The translations under genes were made by a program, and so were the position numbers. From the NCBI GenBank assembly GCA_039803205.1, contig JBDRYB010000005.1:32001-96000 (forward strand): a stretch of DNA of 64,000 nt, written 5' to 3'. The notes below the pieces were generated by a model that worked only from the letters and a program-made list of their open reading frames with translations, was not told the origin of the DNA and did no database searches. This stretch comes from a candidate division WOR-3 bacterium. Lineage in GTDB: Bacteria; Hydrothermota; Hydrothermia; JBDRYB01. This document shows, piece after piece, positions 20,132-28,519 of the stretch; position 1 is the stretch's first letter, and every line of letters begins with the position of its first letter.

Positions 20132-20869
20132 GTGGGAATTGATACAGATGAGATCACTCTCTTCTCTATCCACCTGAAGCTGGCCGGGCCATGGAAGCCC
20201 AGTAATTTTCCGGGCGAGACCCTCCACGGTTTCCTGTTTAGCCTTCCTGGCTTAAAGGATTATCACGAGGCTGAAACAAAGCCCTTCTCTCTGAGACTCG
20301 TAAAACATGAAGGGAGAACCCTCAAATTGGAGGTTTGTTCCCTTCGCTTTGACCTCGCCGAAAAGCTCTCGTCTGCAGGCCTGGCACGAGGGGCCCGGAT
20401 AGGGAATGTGGGGGTATCCGATATGCTAATAAGCCCCTTATCCTCAACGAATTTCGGACGCCTGCTGAGAATCAGACCACGAACCCGGTTCACATTCCGT
20501 TTCAGAAGCCCCACCTCTTTCAGGAGCCAGGGCCAACAGATCCTTTTCCCTACGCCAGAGCTTCTGTTTGGCTCACTCATGCAGAAATGGAATGCTTTTG
20601 CCAGAAAGAAGATAACCCGTGAGATAGCCGATGACTTCAGGAATATACTGGTCACGAGATATAGCCTTGAAACGCAAGAGGTTTCGTTCTCTGATTACAA
20701 GATAATCGGGTTCACCGGAGAGATTTCATATAGATTTCCCACTGGGATTGATCCCATGGTCAAGATTGTTGTCAACGCCCTGGCTAGGCTCGCGCCTTAC
20801 TCAGGCGTGGGATACAAGACCCCGATGGGGCTAGGATGGGTAGAGGTGAAAGGTGATCGCAAAGCTTGA
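20132..20869 (+). CDS. cas6: CRISPR pre-crRNA endoribonuclease Cas6
   Basis: SPTSFR, FPTPELLFGSL..KWNAF, C-terminal G-rich loop SGVGYKTPMGLG. Confidence 0.92.
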   Translation: MGIDTDEITLFSIHLKLAGPWKPSNFPGETLHGFLFSLPGLKDYHEAETKPFSLRLVKHEGRTLKLEVCSLRFDLAEKLSSAGLARGARIGNVGVSDMLISPLSSTNFGRLLRIRPRTRFTFRFRSPTSFRSQGQQILFPTPELLFGSLMQKWNAFARKKITREIADDFRNILVTRYSLETQEVSFSDYKIIGFTGEISYRFPTGIDPMVKIVVNALARLAPYSGVGYKTPMGLGWVEVKGDRKA

Positions 20870-20933
20870 ACCAGGCCGGCATCTTGAGTCATTTAGTGCA
20901 CAATCCCATCCCAGAAGCGAAAAGGAGGAGCGC

Positions 20934-22559
20934 ATGAGCGCTTTTGACGACTTTTTTAAGAAGATAACGGGCCACGAGCCATACGGGCACCAGTCCGATA
21001 TGGCGGCCAGGCTCTGGAATAATGGTGATGGGCCAGATGATCAGCCTCTTCTTCTCAGGGCCCCAACGGGCTCAGGCAAGACAGAGGCCATTGCTCTGCC
21101 CTTTCTCTATCAATGGGATGAGGGCAAATGGCCCATCGCACCCAGGCTCATATATGTCCTGCCGATGAGGGCTCTGGCAAACCAGATATGCGACAGAATA
21201 AAGAAATACGCGGATAAGGTGGACAAAAGGATCAGGGTCTCGGTTCAGCACGGTGAGCGCCATGACGACGCGATGCTCTTTTCTGACATCGTGGTGACGA
21301 CCCTTGACCAGGCAATTTACGCCTATGCCCGCTCCACGACTATTCACAGACACGCGGAGGTTCCGGCCGGAGACCTTGCGAACTCCCTGCTCGTTTTTGA
21401 CGAGGCCCACATGTATTCCCCTTATACCTACGGCATGATCCACGCTTTCCTGGAGATTCTCAGAACCGCGCGCGTCCCATTCGTGTTCATGACAGCAACT
21501 CTGCCGGATAGCCTGAAGAATGACTTTCAGCAAGGAGTCCTCGGCCGAGGGTTTGAGTTTTCCGGCCCTCGTGTTCAACCTCCGGCGATTGAGAGAAGGA
21601 TAACCCTTGAAACCAGGCCTGATCCCTTGCTCTCCGAAAACGGAAGCCTTAACCCCAAAGCCCTTGATCTCATCGGCGACAAAAAGGCCCTCGTTGTCCT
21701 CAATCAGGTTGGTCGGGCACAAGAGGTCTATCGGCAGATGAGGAACAAGTTTGGAAAGGATAAGATCGTCCTCATACATGGCCGATTCACAAAAGAGGAC
21801 AGGGCAAGGCTTGAGAAAGAGGTTGAAGGGAGGCTGGGCAGAAATGGATCCGGCGGCGTAGTCGTCGCCACACAGGTTTGCGAGGTTGGCCTTGACATAT
21901 CCGCTGATGCCCTTCTGACCGAGCTCGCGCCAGCGGATTCCATCGTCCAGAGAGCTGGCCGGGTCGCCAGGTGGGGAGGGGAGGGGGAGGTTTATGTTTT
22001 TGGGGTCAAGGAAGGCATGGAGAAGGAGGACTTTTGGAAATCGGATGAGGTAGAGAAGGAGGCCCTGCCATATGAGGCCAAGCATATCGTTGAGACTCTC
22101 AGGGCATTGGAGAACAAACCAGACCTTGCCTCGTGGGATGATGTTCAAAAGTTCACCAAAGACCTCTCCTACAGGGTTGACCACTCCGCTTGCTCATCAG
22201 CGGCCTGGCACCTACTTGAGGACAGCATCCTCTTGGCAACCGAGAGGCCAAGGCCCGAGGATGTGGCAGTGAGGGAGGGCAAAAGCATAACGCTCGTGCC
22301 TGTGGAAGTAGCAGAGGGAGATATTGACTTGGACAAAAAGGCCATCGGGGTCAGTTTTAACCTTGCTTACTTCCACTTTAAGGACGACAAAGGGAAGCTC
22401 AAAAAGGTTATGGAGCCAAAGGAGAAAAAGGCCAAAAAAGGCGAAGAACCAAAGAAGGTCTGGGAATCGCGGGACGCAAAGGCCTCCGATTTCAAGCCTT
22501 TTGATGTAGTCTATATCCCTGGTTCCCTTTACAGCAACGAGGAGGGATTACTCCTATGA
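20934..22559 (+). CDS. cas3: Cas3' helicase subunit
   Basis: APTGSGKT, DEAH, MTAT, HGRF, ATQVCEVGLDIS, QRAGRVAR; start at ATG behind AGGAGG. Confidence 0.93.
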   Translation: MSAFDDFFKKITGHEPYGHQSDMAARLWNNGDGPDDQPLLLRAPTGSGKTEAIALPFLYQWDEGKWPIAPRLIYVLPMRALANQICDRIKKYADKVDKRIRVSVQHGERHDDAMLFSDIVVTTLDQAIYAYARSTTIHRHAEVPAGDLANSLLVFDEAHMYSPYTYGMIHAFLEILRTARVPFVFMTATLPDSLKNDFQQGVLGRGFEFSGPRVQPPAIERRITLETRPDPLLSENGSLNPKALDLIGDKKALVVLNQVGRAQEVYRQMRNKFGKDKIVLIHGRFTKEDRARLEKEVEGRLGRNGSGGVVVATQVCEVGLDISADALLTELAPADSIVQRAGRVARWGGEGEVYVFGVKEGMEKEDFWKSDEVEKEALPYEAKHIVETLRALENKPDLASWDDVQKFTKDLSYRVDHSACSSAAWHLLEDSILLATERPRPEDVAVREGKSITLVPVEVAEGDIDLDKKAIGVSFNLAYFHFKDDKGKLKKVMEPKEKKAKKGEEPKKVWESRDAKASDFKPFDVVYIPGSLYSNEEGLLL

Positions 22560-23305
22560 GCGAGAAAATAGAACTCCTATCAGCACCGAGCGAAACCCTT
22601 GTTCAGCACCTTGACCGGGTTCTTGGCAAGTGGGACAAAATAAAAAGCCGCTTTTCTTACACACTTCCCAGGCTTTTCGGAACACCCTGGGAGGAAATTG
22701 AAGAAGCCATCAACCGGATGTTCCTCCTACATGATTTGGGTAAGGCTACAGAGAAGTGGCAAAAGTTTATCACCGCTCAGAAAGAAGAGCGGGATAACGA
22801 AACAGAGCGAAAAAGCGGCGCTCCCCACGCCCAGCTCGGCGGCGCGTATCTCTGGTGGGCATCTGATCCAAAAGACGATCTGGTTATGGCCTCCGCGTTC
22901 GCCATAGCCATCCACCACACGGACAGCGCTCTGGCTAGGCCTGGCCTTGAGGACCCAGCAACCATGCTGGTAACCAGCTGGTTGGTCAACGAGGACGATG
23001 ATACGATCAGGTGGCACAACGGACTGGATGGTTTCATGGGTTGGTTGAGGGACGAACACGGGCTTGACTTGCCCCATCCTAGGGATATGGGTCTCTATGA
23101 TGTTTCCGAGTTCGCTTTGGAGCTCCGAAAGTGGGCACGGGGCGCGGAAATCCTTGAACTGCACAGGCGCCGTCTTCAGGTCGCGGCCCTGCACTCGGTA
23201 ATCAAGGTCTGCGATATCAGGGCCGCTATAGCTCGCTCGGAGGAGCCGGTCACCCCGGCAAACACCTTCACTTGGACAATAGTCAACGGAGGCATGATAC
23301 CATGA
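22556..23305 (+). CDS. cas3'': Cas3'' stand-alone HD nuclease
   Basis: ETLVQHL, LHDLGK, PHA, AIAIHH, CDIRAA; ATGA overlap with cas3'. Confidence 0.9.
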   Translation: MSEKIELLSAPSETLVQHLDRVLGKWDKIKSRFSYTLPRLFGTPWEEIEEAINRMFLLHDLGKATEKWQKFITAQKEERDNETERKSGAPHAQLGGAYLWWASDPKDDLVMASAFAIAIHHTDSALARPGLEDPATMLVTSWLVNEDDDTIRWHNGLDGFMGWLRDEHGLDLPHPRDMGLYDVSEFALELRKWARGAEILELHRRRLQVAALHSVIKVCDIRAAIARSEEPVTPANTFTWTIVNGGMIP

Positions 23306-24876
23306 GCAAGATAACCCTATACACGCCGAACACCGGCCTGCCTGACCTTGAGCTCAAGATAGCCTACGGCCTCTGCCGGGTCGCTTTTGAGGCAGGCCTG
23401 GAATTCGTTATGAGGCCGAGGGAGGGGTGGTGGGAGGTGGAGGTGGAGGGAGAAGGTCTGGACTCTGAAAAGATCAAAGAGCGAATGAAGGGAATCTTTA
23501 AAGGTATCCTGAGGCGGTTCCTTTCAACTGAACTAGCCTATAACATGGCCGGCGTAGACCAGCAAAATGATGTAAAGCGCTACCAGTATAGTGGTCAAGA
23601 GATTACTAGCGATTTTCCGGAAGGCCTTTATGGGCCAGAAAAGGGTGACGGAGATACCCTGTGTGGGCACAAAAAACCAACCTCAAAAGAGCCTTTTGAT
23701 CGGGTATTGCCAACCTTTCTGGGTTATGGTTTTGGAAAGAGCGATAGGAATGACGCGGTGGGAGACAGGGTTTGCCCGGTCTGCTCGTGGCTTGGGGTGC
23801 TAGGCCTCAATTCAACTGTCCTGGAAATTCAAATAAAGGATCAGAAGGAAAAAGCTATCGTCATGCTTGAGCCTTTATATCCCATAGGATCTCAGGATTT
23901 AGCCGAGGTTTTGTCACTTCAAAAGGCTCTCAGTGTAGACATGGAGAGAGAGAAGGAAGCCCTTTATCAATCAATAGCCAGTGTGGCCTTGCCTTTGGCC
24001 ATCCTCGGCAAATACCCGAGCACCATAGGACTACTCTGGAGTTATAACAAGCCAAGATTTGCCATGAGGGTATACCACCTCAAGAAAGGGAACCGTTGGC
24101 AGCTAAAAGGGGAGTCCGAGGCCAAGCTGGAAGATGTGAGGGGGTTCTTGATCTCGTCAAAACATAGCCTCCCTAACCCATACAACCTTGCCCTACTTAG
24201 CAGAATGCTCGAGGTTCGGTGGAGTTCAAAATCCAAAAAATACAAGCCGGTTTACAACTCCGAAAGATTATGGGAACTTCTTGCCAAGGTTATCTTCTCA
24301 ATCCCAGAACAGGAGCAGGCTTCTGTAATAAGCTTTATGCGGGAAGCTTTGGTGTGCCTCGGGAGCCCCCAAGATGAACCACATCTTTTTAAACCGTATC
24401 TTTTTAGCAGGAAAGTCACCCTTTATTTTGCCAAGGAGGTGATTAACATGAGAGTAGAGTTCTTTGACACCACAACCGAAGAAGGAAAAGCCATAGAGGC
24501 GGTATCCAAGCTTCTGCGATACTTCGTGCGGCAGAAGGATTTTGGATACCTAAACGATCTGATGTCCTCCAAAAACCCGGAGGACCTCCAGAGGGTTCTC
24601 ATTCACATGATGAGAACTGCAAATTCCCTTGCCGATAGAGAGGATGAGAAGGGCATACTCTACATACCGGTTTGCAGGAATAAGACGAAAGAAGAGATCT
24701 ACCGTGTCTATCTACCACGGAAGGATTATGTGGACTGCTTGATGAGACTCGCCGCCGGGCCTGATTTTGAGGATCTGAAGTGTGCCCTTTTACTTTCAGG
24801 AATGAGCAGAGCACCCAAAAGCTTCGGAGAAGAACCCGTATTAGAAGACGAAGAGACAGAAACCAAGGAGGATTGA
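23302..24876 (+). CDS. cas8a: Type I-A-like large subunit Cas8a with in-frame C-terminal Cas11/Csa5-like domain
   Basis: Position between cas3'' and cas7; Zn-finger-like CGH...CPVC; ATGA overlap with cas3''. Confidence 0.72.
   Translation: MSKITLYTPNTGLPDLELKIAYGLCRVAFEAGLEFVMRPREGWWEVEVEGEGLDSEKIKERMKGIFKGILRRFLSTELAYNMAGVDQQNDVKRYQYSGQEITSDFPEGLYGPEKGDGDTLCGHKKPTSKEPFDRVLPTFLGYGFGKSDRNDAVGDRVCPVCSWLGVLGLNSTVLEIQIKDQKEKAIVMLEPLYPIGSQDLAEVLSLQKALSVDMEREKEALYQSIASVALPLAILGKYPSTIGLLWSYNKPRFAMRVYHLKKGNRWQLKGESEAKLEDVRGFLISSKHSLPNPYNLALLSRMLEVRWSSKSKKYKPVYNSERLWELLAKVIFSIPEQEQASVISFMREALVCLGSPQDEPHLFKPYLFSRKVTLYFAKEVINMRVEFFDTTTEEGKAIEAVSKLLRYFVRQKDFGYLNDLMSSKNPEDLQRVLIHMMRTANSLADREDEKGILYIPVCRNKTKEEIYRVYLPRKDYVDCLMRLAAGPDFEDLKCALLLSGMSRAPKSFGEEPVLEDEETETKED
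24448..24876 (+). CDS. cas11: Putative internally translated small subunit Cas11 (Csa5-like), 142 aa
   Basis: AAGGAGGTG (24433-24441) 6 nt before in-frame ATG 24448; helical product ...AVSKLLRYFVRQKDFGYLNDLMSSKNPEDLQRVL... Confidence 0.68.
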   Translation: MRVEFFDTTTEEGKAIEAVSKLLRYFVRQKDFGYLNDLMSSKNPEDLQRVLIHMMRTANSLADREDEKGILYIPVCRNKTKEEIYRVYLPRKDYVDCLMRLAAGPDFEDLKCALLLSGMSRAPKSFGEEPVLEDEETETKED

Positions 24877-24878
24877 AC

Positions 24879-25871
24879 ATGAGCGAGAACGGACCAAAGA
24901 TAAAAGCCTTCGCAATAGGCGTGAAGATGGAGCTGAATCTTCACGACCTCAACAACGAACTGGCCACTGGAAATGTATCTGCTATAAGGGTGGCCAAGAT
25001 GCTCGTTAGGGACGAAAACGGAAAACAAAAAGAGGTGCCTGTCCAGGCAGTATCTGGCAGGATGATCAAGCACTGGCACTGGGAGCACTACCGTCGTAGA
25101 TTCACGGCAGAAGAGCTCTGTGGTGCTTGCGCTGTTGGTGAAACCATAAGGCCAGTTCGCCTTGAGAATGGGATATGGAAGTTTATGGAACCCGAAGATG
25201 CTGTGAGAGAATGCGCGGCCTGTGATGTACACGGTTTTCTGATCCCGACCAAGTCCCTGCGGAGAAATTCATTGGCTCTTTTTTCATGGCTTCTGCCACC
25301 ATTGGACTCTCTTGAGTATGCTCTTACTTCAGCTACGCACTCAAGAGTAGCAGCTACTGACTACCCCGTAGAAAAGAAGAGAGAATCAGAAGAAGAGTCA
25401 AGTGAAGGGAAGACAGGCCAGATGATTTACAACAAGGTCTATGCCTCTGGGACCTATGCCTTTGTCTCTTATCTGGATGTGGAACACATAGGCTATGGCG
25501 AGAAAAGAGAAGGTCAAGAAAGGGTAAGTTTTGTCCCGCTGGTTGAGGAACCCCGAAAACGACTCGCCAGAGCCAAAGCGGCCATCCTGGCTTATCAGGA
25601 TATGCTCACCGGTAGACTGGGGGCTTCGCAGGCTTTTGCTCTGCCACACGCTAAAGTCCTTTCGTTTCTGGCCTGCTATTCCTGCTTTGGTCAATTCCCT
25701 GTGCCCGTATCGCCCATATACCCGGACTTTGTGCAGAAGACCGTCGAGCTGATGCCGAATGAGGTTAAAATCCTGGGTTATGGAATTGAGAGCCACGACA
25801 GGATAACAGAAAAACCTGTTTCTGAGATCTTCAATGAGATCATTGGAAAACTTGAGGGGAGCTGCCAATGA
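24879..25871 (+). CDS. cas7: Cas7 (DevR/Csa2 type) backbone subunit
   Basis: NLHDLNNE, AVSGRMIKHWH, CDVHGFL, RRNS, GASQAFALP; AAGGAGG SD. Confidence 0.9.
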   Translation: MSENGPKIKAFAIGVKMELNLHDLNNELATGNVSAIRVAKMLVRDENGKQKEVPVQAVSGRMIKHWHWEHYRRRFTAEELCGACAVGETIRPVRLENGIWKFMEPEDAVRECAACDVHGFLIPTKSLRRNSLALFSWLLPPLDSLEYALTSATHSRVAATDYPVEKKRESEEESSEGKTGQMIYNKVYASGTYAFVSYLDVEHIGYGEKREGQERVSFVPLVEEPRKRLARAKAAILAYQDMLTGRLGASQAFALPHAKVLSFLACYSCFGQFPVPVSPIYPDFVQKTVELMPNEVKILGYGIESHDRITEKPVSEIFNEIIGKLEGSCQ

Positions 25872-26707
25872 AGGTTTTGGGATTCCACATAAGGGTTTCT
25901 TCTTTTTACTCTCCGGGGGTGCCCTGGTCTCGTAGCTCTGCCTATCCTATACCTCCACCTTCGGCAATTTGCGGGATGCTCGCAAATGCCCTCTGGCTTA
26001 GTAGCCACATTCTCAAAACAGACGAACACCCGGCTGTTGCTTGTCTAAGAAGGATTATAGATAAAGCAAAAGGCATTTGGGCAGGTATGGCAGACGGGAT
26101 AGCCGTCTCAACTACCGGAACTGTGAAAGATGTCTTTGGGGGCAGTACCGTATACAAAGATGACAGTGTAACCAAAGGTGGGAAAAAGGTAAAGGGTATT
26201 CGTGGCAAACTTCTCCCAATCCAGGCTTTCATCCAGGATAACCCCGAAGCAAGATCAGGAGAGATCATCCAAACCGATATCCTCCCCCGCCAGTTCCTTT
26301 TCGCGCCTGATGGTTTCAGGGTCTTCGTGGCTTCGGAGGACGGGGAGTTTCTTGAGAAGGTGAAGTATGCTCTCCAGCACGCGCCTGTTTATCTTGGGGA
26401 TTCCGAGGGACTGGCAAATGTGATGAATGTTGAGGTGGTGGACGCGACCGAAGAGAAACCAAACGGAATGTGTGATGTCTCGGTCTATTTCAGGGATGAC
26501 CTCGCGAGCGGCATAGACGGCGATGGCGGAACATTATACTGGGTCAACGAGAGGGCGATCCTTCCGGGCGAAAAGAAGGAGCCTATGGTCTCCTACCTGT
26601 TTCCCGTGATCCAGCGAGGGAAGACATTCAGGCCCTCCAAGCTCTTGGTGAGGTTCAACGGCAAAGCAAAGCTTCTCAAGGCTTTCGGCGAGATCCTGCC
26701 CATGTAG
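25868..26707 (+). CDS. cas5: Cas5
   Basis: SAYPIPPPSAICGMLANAL and PVYLGDSEG motifs. Confidence 0.9.
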   Translation: MKVLGFHIRVSSFYSPGVPWSRSSAYPIPPPSAICGMLANALWLSSHILKTDEHPAVACLRRIIDKAKGIWAGMADGIAVSTTGTVKDVFGGSTVYKDDSVTKGGKKVKGIRGKLLPIQAFIQDNPEARSGEIIQTDILPRQFLFAPDGFRVFVASEDGEFLEKVKYALQHAPVYLGDSEGLANVMNVEVVDATEEKPNGMCDVSVYFRDDLASGIDGDGGTLYWVNERAILPGEKKEPMVSYLFPVIQRGKTFRPSKLLVRFNGKAKLLKAFGEILPM

Positions 26708-26746
26708 GCCTAGGGCCAGCTCTTGTGCCTGCCTTTTCGGGAGGAT

Positions 26747-28024
26747 ATGGAAGACCCCCTCCTCCCCGTGACCGCGGTCGCGGAGATGGAATATTGCCCC
26801 AGGAGCTTCTGGTATCAGGTGGCATTCGGCAGGCGCAAGCTCAGCAACGAGCACATAGCCGAGGGGCTTGAGCAGGACGAGGCAAGGGCCGAAAGGTCTG
26901 ATTCGCCCAATGTGATATACGGGGTGAGGGCCTTTTCCGAGGAGCTGGGCCTTATCGGTTATCTGGACGCGGTGATGACCGAGGCAGGGGAGCTCGTCCC
27001 TGTTGAATACAAGAAGGGAAAGAAAAAGGAATCCGGGACGGACAAACTGACTCTCTGCGCTTTAGCCATGTGCATAGAGGAGACAACCGGCCGGGTTGTT
27101 CGGCGCGGGTATCTCTATTACACAGCATCCCGAACCCAAATTGAGGTGAGTTTCACGGATGTGAACGCATCCTCGTCCGCCATGCGCTTCTTCATGCAGG
27201 AAGGCATTGACCTGGTCTTCATGTCCGCGCACGGCAGGTTTCAGGGACGCCTGCAGGCCCAAAGCCCCAGGAACATAATGCTCAGGATAGCCCAGTTTCA
27301 GAGGTGGAGGGACGAGGCTTTTGCCCAGGAGATGTGCAGGGCTTTTGTCATTGGCAAGATACGGAACATGCGGATCCTCCTCCAGCGTCAGCTCCGAAAG
27401 CTGGGCCTTGCGGTCCTGAAGGAGGCCGACGATGCGATGGCATTTGCTCTCAGACTGGCCGAGCGGGCCGAAAGCAAGCAATTGCTCCTCGGTATAGAGG
27501 GAACCGCGTCCGCGGCCTACTTCAAGGGCCTCGCGGAGCTGTTCTCTCTTGAGGGTTTTGATTTCCCGACCAGAACAAGGCGCCCACCGCTTGATCCGGC
27601 AAACGCGCTTCTGTCATTCCTTTATTATCTCCTTGGAAAGGATGTTGAGTCCGCGCTGCTGGCCGCAGGACTTGATCCCTATCTCGGGTTTTATCACTCC
27701 CTGAAATACGGGAGGCCAGCCCTGGCTCTGGACCTCATGGAGGAATTCAGACCCGTTATTGCGGATTCAGTGGCCCTTACCCTAATCCGAAAGCGAATCC
27801 TCACCCCCGAGGACTTCAAATGCACCCTTGGCGTCTGGGAAATAAAAGATGGGGCTAGGAAAAAGGTCTACCGGGCATACGAGGAGCGGCTTAACAGCGT
27901 GGCTGAGCACCCGGTTCTGGGCAGGAAATACTCAGCCCGGCGGATCATAGAGGCGCAAGCGAGGCTCATGGCAAAGGTAATAGAGGGAGACTGGCCTCGT
28001 TATGAACCTTACACGATAAGATGA
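26747..28024 (+). CDS. cas1: Cas4-Cas1 fusion lacking the Cas4 C-terminal Cys cluster and the Cas1 N-terminus
   Basis: Cas4: YCPR, GYLD, PVEYKKG, GYLYY; Cas1: LLGIEG, NALLSF.Y, GLDPYLGFYH, LALDLMEEFRP; junction near 27160. Confidence 0.85.
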   Translation: MEDPLLPVTAVAEMEYCPRSFWYQVAFGRRKLSNEHIAEGLEQDEARAERSDSPNVIYGVRAFSEELGLIGYLDAVMTEAGELVPVEYKKGKKKESGTDKLTLCALAMCIEETTGRVVRRGYLYYTASRTQIEVSFTDVNASSSAMRFFMQEGIDLVFMSAHGRFQGRLQAQSPRNIMLRIAQFQRWRDEAFAQEMCRAFVIGKIRNMRILLQRQLRKLGLAVLKEADDAMAFALRLAERAESKQLLLGIEGTASAAYFKGLAELFSLEGFDFPTRTRRPPLDPANALLSFLYYLLGKDVESALLAAGLDPYLGFYHSLKYGRPALALDLMEEFRPVIADSVALTLIRKRILTPEDFKCTLGVWEIKDGARKKVYRAYEERLNSVAEHPVLGRKYSARRIIEAQARLMAKVIEGDWPRYEPYTIR

Positions 28025-28308
28025 GCGGATTGGTTCACTTTATCCTCGGATATGACATCCAGGACGATGACCGTAGGAACGCGCTCTTCAAGGCCCTGGG
28101 CAGGTTTGGATACAGGGTGCAGTTCAGTGTGGTTGAGGGGAGGCTCACCCCAACCGAGTTCGTTAAGCTCAAATACACGGTCAAACGGCTCATCAATCCG
28201 AGGGAGGACAGGGTTCTCATAGTTGTCCTCTGCGAGAAGTGCCGAGAGAAGATAATACGTATGGGCACACAGTCTGACCTGCCCGACCAGGACATCGTGA
28301 TCATATAG
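28021..28308 (+). CDS. cas2: Cas2
   Basis: YDIQDD.RR, G.RVQFSV.E, D.V...LCEKC. Confidence 0.93.
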   Translation: MSGLVHFILGYDIQDDDRRNALFKALGRFGYRVQFSVVEGRLTPTEFVKLKYTVKRLINPREDRVLIVVLCEKCREKIIRMGTQSDLPDQDIVII

Positions 28309-28519
28309 CCGCGAGGATAGACTGGGGACGATTTATAAGCCGAGATGAAATCGGCCATCTCGCATTTGAGTTTTTCCCTGGAGATGGCCGATCAAAGACT
28401 ACATAAGGCACAGAAGGTAAATTTTCGGTTGCAAAACCCCCTTGACATGGACTATAATTTGGAGGTGGCCGAAAAAGCCATTTGAGCTCTTTGATAAATC
28501 GTGTTTTGCTGATGGGTAT
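28309..28519 (+). promoter_or_regulatory. CRISPR leader with candidate sigma70 promoter
   Basis: Between cas2 and first repeat; TTGCAA (28429)-18 nt-TATAAT (28453). Confidence 0.7.

Noticed and set aside
21072..22184. 370-aa ORF antisense to cas3', and similar long antisense ORFs at 42893-43948 and 60945-61922
   Set aside because: No motifs; fully overlap well-supported genes on the other strand
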